Shown: positions 38,070 through 49,338, counted from the stretch's first letter. The stretch is DNA of 64,000 bases from an uncultured delta proteobacterium (GCA_963722885.1 CAVROS010000001.1:176235-240234); one strand, 5' to 3'. Translations and numbers: made by a program. The notes: generated by a model from the letters alone, not told the origin.

Positions 38070-38900
38070 ATGGTTTCCAAGATGGATAGGCCCCTGCGAG
38101 TGGATTCGGAGGTCCTCACCAACGCCGCCGAAGGCGGGGCGAACCGGCGACTGGTGCTCCGCGTCGCGGAGGGCTGGCCCGAGGCCCAGCCGGGCCAGTT
38201 CCTGATGCTCTCGCCGGGCACGCGGGGCCGGGTCGAGCGCTACGACCCCCTCCTGCCGCGACCCATGGCGATCTTCCGCACGCGCCGGATGGGAGGAGAA
38301 GCAGCGGTCGAGGTTCTCTACAAGGTCGTGGGGCGGGGGACGAGCCTCCTCGCCGATGCCCGTCCCGGCGACGAGGTGCGTCTGGTCGGCCCTCTCGGCA
38401 GGGGATTCCCCGAGCCCTCCCCCGGTGAGCGCATCATCCTGGTGGGCGGTGGAACCGGCGTCGCGTCGCTCTTCGAGCTGGCGCGGCGGTCGTCGTCGCG
38501 GGCCCGGGTATCGGTGCTCCTCGGCGCGCGCACTGCCGTCGACCTGATGGGCCGGGCCGATTTCGAGAGCCTCGACGCAGATCTCCAGGTGGCCACCGAC
38601 GACGGCAGCGAGGGAACCGAGGGCTTCGTGACAGAGCTGCTGGAGCGGGAGCTGGCGGCCGAGGGAGCGGCGCGAGTCTACGCCTGCGGTCCGACCCCCA
38701 TGATGCACCGGGCCGCGGAGATCGCCGAGGCGGCCGGTCTGCCCTGCATCGTTTCTCTCGAGAACCGCATGGCCTGTGGTTTCGGCGTCTGCCTCGGATG
38801 CGCGGTGCCCCGCTCGGAATCGGACGAGGGTTACCACCTGGTCTGCCGGGACGGTCCCGTCTTCGAATCCGGGGACCTCTCCTGGGAGGGGCTCCCGTGA
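38070..38900 (+). CDS. pyrK: Dihydroorotate dehydrogenase electron-transfer subunit
   Basis: PGQF, GPLGRGF, GGGTG, CGP, MACGFGVCLGC...CRDGPVF. Confidence 0.93.
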   Translation: MVSKMDRPLRVDSEVLTNAAEGGANRRLVLRVAEGWPEAQPGQFLMLSPGTRGRVERYDPLLPRPMAIFRTRRMGGEAAVEVLYKVVGRGTSLLADARPGDEVRLVGPLGRGFPEPSPGERIILVGGGTGVASLFELARRSSSRARVSVLLGARTAVDLMGRADFESLDADLQVATDDGSEGTEGFVTELLERELAAEGAARVYACGPTPMMHRAAEIAEAAGLPCIVSLENRMACGFGVCLGCAVPRSESDEGYHLVCRDGPVFESGDLSWEGLP

Positions 38901-39823
38901 GCACGGCGCCGGACCTCTCGACCAACCTCGGCGGAATTCAGCTCCGCAACCCGGTCCTCACTGCCTCGGGCACCTTCGGTTACGGGACGGAGTTCGCCCC
39001 GTTCATGGATCTGCGCAGGATCGGCGGCTTCGTCGCCAAGAGCCTCACGCTCGAGCCTCGTCACGGGAATCCGCCGCCTCGCATCGTGGAGACGCCGGCG
39101 GGCATGCTGAACGCCATCAGTCTCGAAAACGTCGGCGTCCATGCCTTCGTCGAGGAGAAGCTCCCGGAGATCCCCGAGGGCGTGCCGGTGATTGCCAGCG
39201 TCTTCGGCACCGAGATCGAGCTCTACGCCGAGGTCTGCAGGTGTCTGACCGGCGCGCCGAAGGTGGTGGGGATCGAGGTCAACGCCTCCTGTCCCCACGT
39301 GAAGAGCGGGGGGATCGAGTTCGGCCAGAACTCCGCCGTTCTCGCGCAGCTGATTCGCGCCGTGCGGCGCGCGACCTCGCTTCCCCTGCTGGTGAAGCTC
39401 TCGCCCAACGTGACGGATATCGCCGAGATGGCCCGGGTCTGTGAGGGCGAGGGGGCGGATGGGATCTCGGCCATCAACACCCTGAAGGCCCTGGTCGTGG
39501 ACGTCGAGACCCGAAGGCCAAGCCTCTCCAACGGCCTCGGTGGCCTCTCGGGTCCGGCGATTCGGCCCGTCGCGCTGCGGATGGTCTGGGAGTGCGCCCG
39601 TGCGGTCGAGATCCCGGTCTGCGGGATCGGGGGGATCTGCACCGCCGAGGATGCCATCCAGTTTCTGCTCTGTGGGGCGGCGGCGGTCCAGGTGGGCACC
39701 GCCAACTTCCTGAATCCGACGGCGGCGGTCGAGGTGGCCGAAGGGATCGCGGAATACTGCGCCCGCCACGGTGTGGATCGGGTCTCCGACCTGGTCGGTG
39801 CGGTGGAGTTCCCGGGTCGCTAG
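38897..39823 (+). CDS. pyrD: Dihydroorotate dehydrogenase 1B catalytic subunit
   Basis: ASGTFGYG, GNPPPR, NASCP, KLSPNV, GGLSGPAIRP. Confidence 0.95.
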   Translation: MSTAPDLSTNLGGIQLRNPVLTASGTFGYGTEFAPFMDLRRIGGFVAKSLTLEPRHGNPPPRIVETPAGMLNAISLENVGVHAFVEEKLPEIPEGVPVIASVFGTEIELYAEVCRCLTGAPKVVGIEVNASCPHVKSGGIEFGQNSAVLAQLIRAVRRATSLPLLVKLSPNVTDIAEMARVCEGEGADGISAINTLKALVVDVETRRPSLSNGLGGLSGPAIRPVALRMVWECARAVEIPVCGIGGICTAEDAIQFLLCGAAAVQVGTANFLNPTAAVEVAEGIAEYCARHGVDRVSDLVGAVEFPGR

Positions 39824-39873
39824 ACCCCCTCCCCAGGTCCCCGGGGCGGGGCCCCGGCGGGTGTCCGCCGGTC

Positions 39874-39902
39874 TTGCAAACCCCCTGTAACTTGGATAGG
39901 TT
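39874..39902 (+). promoter_or_regulatory. Sigma70-type promoter of the rimP-nusA-infB operon
   Basis: TTGCAA-N17-TAGGTT. Confidence 0.6.
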
Positions 39903-39924
39903 ACGCTGGATTTGTACGCGGGAG

Positions 39925-39955
39925 AAGGTGGGCGAATCGTCCACCTTTTTGTTTT
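39925..39955 (+). promoter_or_regulatory. rimP leader hairpin with U-tract (attenuator-like)
   Basis: AAGGTGGGCG-AAT-CGTCCACCTT followed by TTTGTTTT; similar leaders are common before rimP. Confidence 0.65.
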
Positions 39956-39995
39956 CAGGTGAAATTGCCGGGGGCGCGTTTGGAGCGGACCGATT

Positions 39996-40496
39996 GTGTA
40001 CCGGGACATCCCGGAAGAGATGCGGGCATTGATCGAGCCGATCGTCGATGACCACGGTCTCGAGTTGGTTGACGTCGACCTCAAGCGGGGCGGGGCGCCG
40101 TGGACGCTGCGTGTCATCGTGGACACGCCGGCGGGCGACGGACTCGTGCCCGTGGACGCGTGCGCACAGGTCTCTCGGGAAATCGGCAGCCACCTGGATG
40201 CCGGCGATCTGATCCCGGCCCGCTACACCCTGGAAGTCTCGTCGCCCGGGCTCGACCGGGTGCTGGCACGCGAGAAGGACTTCCGAGCGGCCTGTGGCCG
40301 TGAGGTGAAGCTCGAAACGCGTGCGCCCCGCGACGGGCGACGGCGTTTCCGGGGGCGCCTGGTCGGCTTCGACGACGAGGTGGCTCGTCTTCTTGTCGAT
40401 GGGGAAGAGGTCGAGATCGCCTTTGCCGACGTCGCCAGTGCGAACGCGGTTTACGAATTTACTCGCGAGGATTTCGCAAAGCGCGCAAGCCGCTAG
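39996..40496 (+). CDS. rimP: Ribosome maturation factor RimP
   Basis: YTLEVSSPGLDR; first gene of the nusA-infB operon. Confidence 0.95.
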   Translation: MYRDIPEEMRALIEPIVDDHGLELVDVDLKRGGAPWTLRVIVDTPAGDGLVPVDACAQVSREIGSHLDAGDLIPARYTLEVSSPGLDRVLAREKDFRAACGREVKLETRAPRDGRRRFRGRLVGFDDEVARLLVDGEEVEIAFADVASANAVYEFTREDFAKRASR

Positions 40497-40529
40497 GCGG
40501 CGTGCGCGCAACGGCGAGATGGAGTTCAG

Positions 40530-41977
40530 ATGAACATCGCTCCGCTCAAGCGAGAGATCGATCAGATCGCCAAGGACAAGGGCATCGACCGGGACACCAT
40601 CATCGGTGCTCTCGAAGAGGCGATGCGTCAGGCGGCGCGGAAGAAGTTCGGCCAGGAACGGGAGATCGAGGCGCGATTCAACACCGAGACCGGTGAGATC
40701 GAGCTCTTCGAATTCCGCGAGGTCGTGGAGGAAGCCGACGGACCGAGACGATTCAGATCGCCTTGACCGAGGCGCACGAATACGATCCGGAGGCCCAGAT
40801 CGGCGACGAGATCGGCGTCAAGCTCGACACCACCGGATTCGGCCGGATCCTCGCCCAGACCGCCAAGCAGGTGATCATCCAGCGCGTTCGCGACGCCGAG
40901 CGGGACATCGTCTTCGACGAGTACAAGGACCGCAAGGGAGAGGTCCTGAACGGAATCGTCCGCCGCTTCGAAAAGGGATCGATCATCGTGGATCTCGGGC
41001 GTGCCGAGGCGATTCTCCCGCCCAAGGAGCAGGTGCCGCGGGAGAACTACCGGCCGGGAGATCGGATTCGCGCCTACGTTCTCGATGTGAACCACGCTTC
41101 CAAGGGCGCTCAGATCGTCCTCTCGCGGGCGTGCATGGAGATGCTGACGAAGCTCTTCGCCCAGGAGGTGCCGGAAATCTACGAAGGCATCGTGACCATC
41201 GAGTCCGCGGCGCGGGAGCCCGGCGGCCGCTCCAAGATCGCGGTGGCCTCCCGCGACGGCGACGTGGATCCCGTGGGAGCCTGCGTGGGCATGAAGGGGA
41301 GCCGGGTTCAGGCCGTCGTCCAGGAGCTTCGAGGCGAGCGCATCGACATCGTTCCCTGGAGCCCCGATCCGGCCCGATACGTGTGCAGCGCACTCTCGCC
41401 GGCACAGGTCTCGAAGGTGATCATCGACGAGGGAGAGAACTCGATGGACGTGATCGTCCCCGACGACCAGCTCTCTCTCGCGATCGGACGAAAGGGGCAG
41501 AACGTTCGCCTCGCCGTCCAGCTCACCGGCTGGCGGATCGACATCAAGAGTGAAGCGAAGATGCGCGAGGTCGCGCGCTGGTTCGCCGAGGCCGTCTCCA
41601 TCGTCGAGGGTTGCGGGGAGCCCGAAGCCGAGCTCCTGCTCCAGCGCGGGATCACCTCGCTGGAAGATCTGGCAGACTGCGAGTCGGAACTGCTGGCTTC
41701 GCTGCCCGGAATCGACGAGGCCGGCGCCGAGGCGATCAAGCAGCGGGCCGCTGAGCTCGCGGTCGAGAAGGCGGAGGAGGCGGCGCGCGCCGCGGCTGAG
41801 GCGGCTGCGGCTGAGGCGGCAGCGGCGGAAGCGGCTGCGGCTGAGGCGGCGGCAGCGGAAGCGGCGGCTGCCGAGACAGCCGCGGAAGAGGCGGAGACCG
41901 AAGACGAGGCGGCGGAGACGGAGTCGGCCGATCCCGTGCCCGCCGATCAGTCCATCCCGGATGGGGAGCGGAGTTAA
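40530..41977 (+). CDS. nusA: Transcription factor NusA; apparent frameshift about 40740
   Basis: [12 protein letters not shown]1 domain, [31 protein letters not shown]; N-terminal domain in a different frame. Confidence 0.95.
41792..41881 (+). repeat. Six imperfect 15-nt tandem repeats encoding (AAEAA)n in the NusA tail
   Basis: GCGGCTGAGGCGGCT-type units read directly from the sequence. Confidence 0.85.
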
Positions 41978-41986
41978 GCGGCGCGA

Positions 41987-44515
41987 ATGGCAAACGTCAG
42001 GGCCTACAAGATCGCGGAAGAGCTCGGCATCGATCGGGTCGAGTTCGTCGAGAGGGCGCGCGCGATCGGCGTCGAGCTCAAGAGCGCGATGGCCTCCGTC
42101 GACGACGAGGAAGCGGCGCTGCTGCGCGAGAAGCTTGGCGTGAAGCTTCGCCAGGGACCCGTGACCGAGGCGCGTGTCACCCGCAAGGGGGGCAGTGCGG
42201 TGATTCGCCGGCGCAAGCAGGTGGCCCCGGAGCCCGAGCCGGAGCCTCCGGCTCCGGTGGAGCCCGAGGTCCCTGCCGAGTCTCCGCCTCTGGTGGAGCC
42301 CGAGGTCCCGGCAGAGGTGCAAGTCGAGCCGCCGGCGCCGGTGGAGCCCGGATCGGAGCCCGAAGAGGTCGCACCGGTGGCGCCCGCCATCGCGGAGCCC
42401 GAGGTTCCGGAGCCCGAGCCGGAGCTCCCCGTGCAGGTCCCGCCGGCAGTGACTCCAGGAGCGCCGGCACCCGTCGCGGCCCGCGCCGAGACCGGCGCGG
42501 CCGTGCGCGCCAAGCCGGGTCCGCCGCCCCCGGAGGGCGTCCGTCCGCCCCAGGAGGCGCCGGACCGCAAGGGGCGACAGCGCCAGCAGTTCCGGGAAGT
42601 CGTGAACCTCCGCGAGCAGGAGCAGATCGCGCGCCAGGTCACGAGTCGGACGACCGGTCGGCCCCAGGTCGCGATGGATCCGCGAGCCTTCACATCACCG
42701 CGACGCCGGCGAAGGGATGCCGTGTCCAAGAAGCCGGCAGTCGCCGCACCCAAGGCGCAGAAGCGCGTCGTTCGCGTCGAGGGCGACATCAGTGTGGCCG
42801 AGCTCGCCAGGCAGCTCGGCTCCAAGGCGGCGGAGGTCCAGGGCAAGCTCATGGCGCTCGGCACGATGGTGTCGATCCACCAGATCGTGCCCCTGGAGAC
42901 CGCCGAGCAGGTCGCGAAAGAGTTCGGCTACGAGGTCCAGGACGTGGGTTTTCAGGAGGCCGAGTACCTGGCGGGCTCCGACGACGCATCCGAGCAGGAG
43001 AATCTCCAGCCGCGCCCCGCGGTCGTCACCGTCATGGGTCACGTCGACCACGGCAAGACATCGCTCCTCGACGCCCTGCGCCAGACCGATGTCGTGGCCA
43101 GCGAGGCCGGAGGCATCACGCAGCACATCGGCGCCTACCAGGTCACCGTCGATGACCACACACTCACCTTCATCGATACACCGGGTCACGCTGCCTTCAC
43201 CGCCATGCGGGCCCGCGGCGCTCAGGTCACCGACCTGGTGATCCTGGTGATCGCAGTGAGCGAGGGCATCATGCCCCAGACCGTCGAGGCGATCGATCAC
43301 GCCAAGGCTGCGGGAGTGCCGATCGTGGTGGCCTTGAACAAGTGCGATCTCCCCGACGCCAATCCGCAGATGGCGCGGCAGCGGCTGATGGAGCACGGCC
43401 TGGTCACGGAGGACTTCGGGGGCGACGTGCTCGCCGTGGAGGTCTCGGCGACCAAGAAGACCGGCCTCGACAAGCTTCTCGAGGCGGTGGCCCTCCAGGC
43501 GGAGCTCAACGAGCCCAAAGCCGACCCGGAGCGTCGTGCCGAGGGTGTGGTGCTGGAGTCACAGCTCGACAGGGGTCGCGGTCCGGCGGCGACGGTTCTG
43601 GTGAAGGAGGGAACGCTGCGGCGCGGCGACGCGGTAGTGATGGGAACGGTTTACGGGCGCGTTCGCACCATGTTGGACGAGCACGGCAAGGTCGTGAAGG
43701 AGGCCGGACCCTCGGTGCCCGTGCAGGTCGTCGGATTCTCCGGTCTCCCCGAGGCGGGCGACTTCCTGAACGTCGTCGAGAGTGAGCGCATCGCCAAGGA
43801 CATCGCCACCCACCGCGAGAGCAAGCTCCGCGGCCGGACGCAGGCGCCCAAGCCGCGGGTCACCCTCGAGGATCTCTTCGCAGAGGCCGGGGAGAGCGGC
43901 GTCAAGGAGCTCAACGTCATCGTCAAGGCCGACACCCAGGGTTCCGCCGAGGCGCTGCGCGATTCGCTCCTGCAGCTGCCCACGGACAAGGTGAAGCTGA
44001 GCGTGCTCCACGCCGCGGTGGGTGCGGTCACCGAGAGTGACGTGCAGCTCGCCGCGGCCAGCGCCGCCATCGTGGTGGGCTTCCACGTCCGGCCCGATCC
44101 CAGCGCGCGAATGGCCGCCGAGAGCCAGGGCGTCGACGTCCGCCTCTACCAGGTCATCTACGAAGTGATCGATGAGATTCGCGCGGCCATGGTGGGTCTG
44201 CTCCCGCCGACCGTGAAGGAGATGGTCGTCGGGCAGGCCGAGGTGCGGAAGACCTTCACGATCCCCAGGATCGGCACCATCGGGGGCTGCTACGTGACCG
44301 ACGGCACCATGCGGCGCAACCTCGGTTGTCGGCTGGTTCGCGACGGTGTCCAGGTCTACCAGGGCAAGTTCGGATCACTGAAGCGCTTCAAGGAAGACGT
44401 CCGCGAGGTCCAGTCGGGTTTCGAGTGCGGCATCGGCATCGAAGGCTTCAACGACCTGAAGATCGGTGACGTGATCGAGACTTTCGAGCACGAGGAACAG
44501 CCGGCCGAGCTCTGA
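41987..44515 (+). CDS. infB: Translation initiation factor IF-2
   Basis: GHVDHGKT, GGITQHIGA, DTPGH, NKCD, GFECG. Confidence 0.98.
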   Translation: MANVRAYKIAEELGIDRVEFVERARAIGVELKSAMASVDDEEAALLREKLGVKLRQGPVTEARVTRKGGSAVIRRRKQVAPEPEPEPPAPVEPEVPAESPPLVEPEVPAEVQVEPPAPVEPGSEPEEVAPVAPAIAEPEVPEPEPELPVQVPPAVTPGAPAPVAARAETGAAVRAKPGPPPPEGVRPPQEAPDRKGRQRQQFREVVNLREQEQIARQVTSRTTGRPQVAMDPRAFTSPRRRRRDAVSKKPAVAAPKAQKRVVRVEGDISVAELARQLGSKAAEVQGKLMALGTMVSIHQIVPLETAEQVAKEFGYEVQDVGFQEAEYLAGSDDASEQENLQPRPAVVTVMGHVDHGKTSLLDALRQTDVVASEAGGITQHIGAYQVTVDDHTLTFIDTPGHAAFTAMRARGAQVTDLVILVIAVSEGIMPQTVEAIDHAKAAGVPIVVALNKCDLPDANPQMARQRLMEHGLVTEDFGGDVLAVEVSATKKTGLDKLLEAVALQAELNEPKADPERRAEGVVLESQLDRGRGPAATVLVKEGTLRRGDAVVMGTVYGRVRTMLDEHGKVVKEAGPSVPVQVVGFSGLPEAGDFLNVVESERIAKDIATHRESKLRGRTQAPKPRVTLEDLFAEAGESGVKELNVIVKADTQGSAEALRDSLLQLPTDKVKLSVLHAAVGAVTESDVQLAAASAAIVVGFHVRPDPSARMAAESQGVDVRLYQVIYEVIDEIRAAMVGLLPPTVKEMVVGQAEVRKTFTIPRIGTIGGCYVTDGTMRRNLGCRLVRDGVQVYQGKFGSLKRFKEDVREVQSGFECGIGIEGFNDLKIGDVIETFEHEEQPAEL

Positions 44516-44796
44516 TGGTGATCGGGGCAGCCCGCGTCGAGTTGCACGTTCACGGCTCCCAGTCCCTCAAACAGAAGAGAGGCGTGGTGCGCGCGATCAG
44601 CCAGCGGGTGCGGAATCGCTTCAATGTCTCCGTCGCGGAGGTGGGTGGGCAGGGAACCTGGCAGTCCGTCGTTCTCGGGATCTGTACCGTTTCCGGTGAC
44701 GGCCAGAGCGCGCGAAGAAGGCTCGAGAAGACGATCGATTTCATCGAGGACCTGCATCTGGCCGAGGTGACCGGCCAGGAAGTGGAAATCCTATGA
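44515..44796 (+). CDS. DUF503 (YlxP-like) protein
   Basis: SLKQKR...RFNVSVAEV...W; typical position after infB. Confidence 0.88.
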   Translation: MVIGAARVELHVHGSQSLKQKRGVVRAISQRVRNRFNVSVAEVGGQGTWQSVVLGICTVSGDGQSARRRLEKTIDFIEDLHLAEVTGQEVEIL

Positions 44797-45149
44797 GTCG
44801 CCGTACCGAACGGATTGGTGAGCAGATCCGGGCCGAGCTGGCGCGACTGCTGCACGAAGAGACCACCGATCCGCGCATCGGTTTCGTGACCTTGACCCAG
44901 GTGGATGTCGCTCCGGATCTCTCCAACGCGCGCGTCTACTGGAGCGCGGTGAAGTCGAAGGATTCCGACGATCTATCGAGCAGCGAGGCGGGACTCGAGA
45001 GCGCCGCCGGATTTCTGCGCCATCGGCTCGCCCGGGTTCTCGGCTTGAAGAGGGTTCCCGAGCTTCGCTTCCACTACGACGCTTCTCTGGCGCAGGGTGA
45101 AGCCACCCTCTCTCTGCTACGAGAGATCCACGATGGCGCGCAGAAGTAG
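44793..45149 (+). CDS. rbfA: Ribosome-binding factor A
   Basis: DPRIGFVT, PDLSNARVY, AAGFLR, VPELRFHYD. Confidence 0.95.
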   Translation: MSRRTERIGEQIRAELARLLHEETTDPRIGFVTLTQVDVAPDLSNARVYWSAVKSKDSDDLSSSEAGLESAAGFLRHRLARVLGLKRVPELRFHYDASLAQGEATLSLLREIHDGAQK

Positions 45150-46092
45150 CCGGAAGCGCAGCGATCGGCCCGGTCCCAGCGGCTTCCTCGTCGTCGACAA
45201 GCCCATGGGGTGGACCTCTCACGAGGTCGTCGATGCCGCTCGTCGCTGGTTCGGGATCCGCCGGGTGGGACATCTCGGCACTCTCGATCCGCTGGCGACC
45301 GGGCTGCTCCCGCTCGCCATCCGCGAGGCGACGAAGCTGGCGCCCTTCGTCGCCCAGGGCTCCAGGGTCTACGTGGGGAGCATTCGACTCGGTGTGGCTA
45401 CGGATACCTTCGACGCCGAGGGCCGGGTGCTGCACCGACACGACGGTCCCCTTCCCTCCGAGGAGGTGGTCCGAGAGGCACTGGCGGGGTTTCTCGGCGA
45501 GACCCTGCAGATCCCGCCCATGTTCAGCTCCGTCAAGAAGGGTGGGGTGCCCCTGTACCGTCTGGCCCGCCGGGGCGAGGAGGTGGAGCGCGCCCCGCGC
45601 CCGATACGGATCGACTCCCTGGAGATGCATCACTATGTGCCACCCGAGATCGGAATCGAGATCTCCTGCTCCCCGGGCACCTACGTTCGGACGCTGGCCT
45701 CGGATCTGGGTGAGCAGCTGGGCTGTGGCGCGCACCTGTCCGGGCTCCGGCGCACTGCCAGCGGGCCCTTTCTCCTGGATCAGGCGGCCTCGGTGGAGGA
45801 TCTCGACGCGGCGGCGGGGCGGGGGGACTGCGAGAGCTGGCTGATCGCCCCGGAACGGGCCCTCGGTCTCCCCGTGGTGGCACTCCGGGTGGACCAGGCC
45901 CGGCGCGTCACCCACGGCGGTGACATTCCCGTCGCCGAGGCCTCCGGCCCCTTCGAGTCGGGTACGCCACCGCGTCCTGGCGACAGATTGGCTGCTCTGG
46001 CCCCCTCGGGTACACTGCTAGCGGTGATGGAGCTTCGCCCGGATCGCCTGCTGCACCCGCTTCGGGTGCTGGCGGCGTCGGGGCGGCTTTGA
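45133..46092 (+). CDS. truB: tRNA pseudouridine(55) synthase
   Basis: DKPMGWTSH, GHLGTLDPLATG, QIPPMFS, GTYVRTL. Confidence 0.96.
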   Translation: MARRSSRKRSDRPGPSGFLVVDKPMGWTSHEVVDAARRWFGIRRVGHLGTLDPLATGLLPLAIREATKLAPFVAQGSRVYVGSIRLGVATDTFDAEGRVLHRHDGPLPSEEVVREALAGFLGETLQIPPMFSSVKKGGVPLYRLARRGEEVERAPRPIRIDSLEMHHYVPPEIGIEISCSPGTYVRTLASDLGEQLGCGAHLSGLRRTASGPFLLDQAASVEDLDAAAGRGDCESWLIAPERALGLPVVALRVDQARRVTHGGDIPVAEASGPFESGTPPRPGDRLAALAPSGTLLAVMELRPDRLLHPLRVLAASGRL

Positions 46093-46193
46093 TAAACCTT
46101 GCGGCCACTTACAGCGATCTCATGCTGTGCGTCGGGTCACCCGAGGAACTGTGAGCCGATGCGATTCGAGAAGCGCGAAGGGACACAACGACC

Positions 46194-46460
46194 TTGATTG
46201 CCGCTGAACGCAAGCGAGAGGTCATCCAGAACTTCCGGACCCACGAGACGGATACCGGCTCGCCGGAGGTCCAGGTCGCGATCTTGACCGAACGGATCAA
46301 CGAACTCACCGAGCATTTCAAGACGCACAAGAAGGACCATCACTCGCGTCGTGGCCTGCTCAAGCTGGTGAGCCAGCGGCGAAGGCTGCTGAATTATCTC
46401 CGGGGTTACGACTCCGGGCGCTACCAGACCCTGATCAAGCAGTTGGGTCTGCGCCGCTAG
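46194..46460 (+). CDS. rpsO: 30S ribosomal protein S15
   Basis: [19 protein letters not shown]; TTG start. Confidence 0.97.
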   Translation: MIAAERKREVIQNFRTHETDTGSPEVQVAILTERINELTEHFKTHKKDHHSRRGLLKLVSQRRRLLNYLRGYDSGRYQTLIKQLGLRR

Positions 46461-46545
46461 AAGGAGAGAGCGGCACCCCGCCTGAGGGACAGGCGGACTT
46501 ACCTGAAAGTACCTGATAGAGGTGGGCGCGCGGGTCGCGCCGACG

Positions 46546-46643
46546 CGGAATGTGGGAGTCCGTGATTCGCGAAGCCGGATCCTGCCAGCCATCTTCGCCG
46601 ATCCCAGATCCCGCATTCCGTCTCCCCTCGATCCCCGCATTCC
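46546..46643 (+). promoter_or_regulatory. Structured pnp leader (candidate RNase III hairpin)
   Basis: CGGAATGTGGGA (46546) pairs with TCCCGCATTCCG (46609); inner GCGAAG/CTTCGC; a second CCCGCATTCC copy at 46634. Confidence 0.5.
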
Positions 46644-46703
46644 ACCGCCTCATGACTCCGAAGCCCGATCTCCACGATCGGGACGGGGAGGAGACCATTT
46701 TCT

Positions 46704-48887
46704 ATGCCCTATTGGTTTGAACCCACCACCGTGTCCACCGAGATCGGTGGCCGTACGCTGTCGATCGAGACCGGGCGCGTGGCCAAGCAGGCGGCCGGGG
46801 CCGCCGTCGTGAGCTACGGCGACACCGTCGTGCTCGTCGCCGCAACATCCGGCACGCCGCGGGAAGGAATCGATTTCTTTCCCCTTACCGTGGATTTCGT
46901 GGAGAAGACCTCCGCGGCCGGCAAGATTCCCGGGGGCTTCTTCAAGCGCGAGGGGCGGCTGGCGGATCGCGAGATCATCGTCTGTCGCTTCATCGACCGC
47001 TCCATTCGCCCACTCTTTTCCGACGGCTACAAAGACGAGACCCAGATTCTCGCGACCGTGCTCGCCGCCGACGGCGCCACCCATCCGGACATTCCCGCCT
47101 TGATCGGGGCCTCTGCGGCGCTCGGCATCTCCGATCTTCCGTTCCTGGGGCCGATCGCGGCCGTGCGGGTCGGGAAGCTCGAGGGCGAGCTCGTGGTCAA
47201 CCCCGAGAACGCCCAGCTGGCGGAATCCGAGATGGACCTGATCGTCGCGGGAAGCCGGGACGCGCTGGTGATGGTCGAGGGGAGTGCCAAGGAGGCGACG
47301 GAGGCGGACGTGCTCGCGGCACTCCAGTTCGCCCACCAACAGATCCAGCCTCTGATCGACATCCAGGCTGATCTGGCGGCGAAGGTCGGTAGACCCAAGC
47401 GCGAGATCCCGGCTCCGGAGACCCGCACCGAGCTCGACGCGCAGGTGCGACAGGAGGCCGAGGCGGATCTCCGCGAGGCCGTGGCGATTCGAGCCAAGGC
47501 CGAGCGCTACGACAGGGTCGGCGCCGTCGAGAAGGCCGTGGTGAACCGGTTCAGAGACGAGTACCGGAAGCAGAAGGTGGCGCTCGACTCCCTGGAGGCC
47601 GTCGAGGACCGCCAGGCAGGGCTCCGCAAGCTCCTCGCCGACGTGAAGGGGAGTCTCCACGACGTGCGTTCCCAGTTGGTGCGCGAGCGGATTCTCGCCG
47701 ACGGGGTCCGGATCGACGGACGTTCACCCAAGGACGTCCGGCAGATCGCCTGTGAGGTGCGGGCGGTGCCGCGCGCTCACGGCGCGGCGCTCTTCACCCG
47801 GGGCGAAACCCAGGCCCTGGTCTATACCACGCTCGGCAGCTCCGCCGATGCCCAGACCATCGATGCCCTTACCGAGCGCACCAGCAAGCACTTCATGCTC
47901 CACTACAATTTCCCGCCCTTCTCGGTGGGCGAGGCGAGGTTCCTGCGCGGTCCGTCGCGCCGGGATGTCGGTCACGGAAACCTCGCCGAACGAGCGATCC
48001 AGGCGGTGCTGCCTCCCCAGGAGGAGTTCCCCTACACGGTTCGCGTGGTGTCCGAGGTGCTCGAGTCGAACGGTTCCTCGTCCATGGCGACCGTCTGCGG
48101 TGCGACCCTGTCCCTGATGGACGCCGGCGTCGAGCTGAAGGCGCCGGTGGCTGGAATCGCCATGGGGCTGATCGAAGACGGGGAGCGCCACGCGATACTC
48201 TCGGACATCCTCGGCGACGAGGACCACCTCGGTGACATGGACTTCAAGGTCGCCGGTAGCCGCGAGGGCATCACCGCCCTCCAGATGGACATCAAGATCG
48301 AGAGCGTCGACTGGAAGGTGATGGAGGAGGCCCTGGAGCAGGCTCGCGAGGGCCGTATCCACATCCTCGATTGCATGGAGTCCGAGACCCAGGCGGACCT
48401 CCAGGGATTCAAGGCACGGGTCGACCTCTCGAAGTGGGCTCCGCGTCTCGAGGTGATCAGCATCAAGCCGGACCGGATCCGTGACATCATCGGGCCCGGT
48501 GGGCGCGTCATCCGCGGTATCCAGGAGATGAGCGGCGCCAAGATCGACGTCGACGACAATGGCGAGGTGGGAATCTTTGCGCCGGACCTCGAATCCCTGG
48601 AACGGGCCCGAGCGATGGTGGACGAACTCACCCAGGACGCCGAGATCGACAAGATCTATCTGGGCAAGGTCAAGCGGATCACCGATTTCGGCGCCTTCGT
48701 CGAGATCTTCCCGGGAACCGACGGGCTGATCCACATCAGCCACCTGGCCGAGGGCCGGGTGGATTCGGTGACCGATGTCCTGGCCGAGGGCGACGAGGTT
48801 CTCGCCAAGTGCATCGACATCGACCCGAGCGGCAGGATCCGCCTCTCTCGCAAGGAGGCGCTGGCCGACGCCATCGCCCAGGACTGA
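46704..48887 (+). CDS. pnp: Polyribonucleotide nucleotidyltransferase
   Basis: [46 protein letters not shown] and S1 domains. Confidence 0.98.
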   Translation: MPYWFEPTTVSTEIGGRTLSIETGRVAKQAAGAAVVSYGDTVVLVAATSGTPREGIDFFPLTVDFVEKTSAAGKIPGGFFKREGRLADREIIVCRFIDRSIRPLFSDGYKDETQILATVLAADGATHPDIPALIGASAALGISDLPFLGPIAAVRVGKLEGELVVNPENAQLAESEMDLIVAGSRDALVMVEGSAKEATEADVLAALQFAHQQIQPLIDIQADLAAKVGRPKREIPAPETRTELDAQVRQEAEADLREAVAIRAKAERYDRVGAVEKAVVNRFRDEYRKQKVALDSLEAVEDRQAGLRKLLADVKGSLHDVRSQLVRERILADGVRIDGRSPKDVRQIACEVRAVPRAHGAALFTRGETQALVYTTLGSSADAQTIDALTERTSKHFMLHYNFPPFSVGEARFLRGPSRRDVGHGNLAERAIQAVLPPQEEFPYTVRVVSEVLESNGSSSMATVCGATLSLMDAGVELKAPVAGIAMGLIEDGERHAILSDILGDEDHLGDMDFKVAGSREGITALQMDIKIESVDWKVMEEALEQAREGRIHILDCMESETQADLQGFKARVDLSKWAPRLEVISIKPDRIRDIIGPGGRVIRGIQEMSGAKIDVDDNGEVGIFAPDLESLERARAMVDELTQDAEIDKIYLGKVKRITDFGAFVEIFPGTDGLIHISHLAEGRVDSVTDVLAEGDEVLAKCIDIDPSGRIRLSRKEALADAIAQD

Positions 48888-48891
48888 GGTC

Positions 48892-49338
48892 GTGGCGGTT
48901 CGGGTCGCGATCGCCCGCCTTCCGGGTGCCGAGGATCTACCGCTTCCGACCTACGCGACCGAGGGGTCGGCGGGCTGCGATCTCCACGCGTCGGTCGAGG
49001 GCGAGCGGGTGCTGGCGCCCGGGGAGCGGGGCCTGGTCGGGACCGGCCTGCGGATCGCCCTGCCGCCGGGCTACGAGGCGCAGGTGCGGCCGCGCAGCGG
49101 GCTGGCCCTCGAGCACGGCCTGATGCTCCCAAACGCCCCCGGTACGGTAGACTCGGACTACCGCGGAGAGCTGAAGGTCATCCTCTGGAATTCGGGCACC
49201 GAGCCCTACGTCATCCGGCGGGGCGATCGCATCGCCCAGCTCGTCGTCGCACCGGTGACGCAGGTCGAGTGGGACGAGCAGCCCGATCTCGAGGCGACAG
49301 GCCGGGGCCCCGGCGGTTTCGGGCACACGGGGGACTGA
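48892..49338 (+). CDS. dut: dUTP diphosphatase
   Basis: [37 protein letters not shown]. Confidence 0.96.
   Translation: MAVRVAIARLPGAEDLPLPTYATEGSAGCDLHASVEGERVLAPGERGLVGTGLRIALPPGYEAQVRPRSGLALEHGLMLPNAPGTVDSDYRGELKVILWNSGTEPYVIRRGDRIAQLVVAPVTQVEWDEQPDLEATGRGPGGFGHTGD

Noticed and set aside
40730-40770. Programmed frameshift or pseudogene in nusA
   Set aside because: No slippery heptamer; one of many similar breaks attributed to sequencing error.
42225-42430. Pro/Glu-rich repeats in IF-2
   Set aside because: Low-complexity N-terminal linkers are normal for IF-2.
46136-46162. GCCGAT upstream of rpsO as a sixth sigma28-like site
   Set aside because: No matching -35 at the right spacing; more likely part of the rpsO leader.
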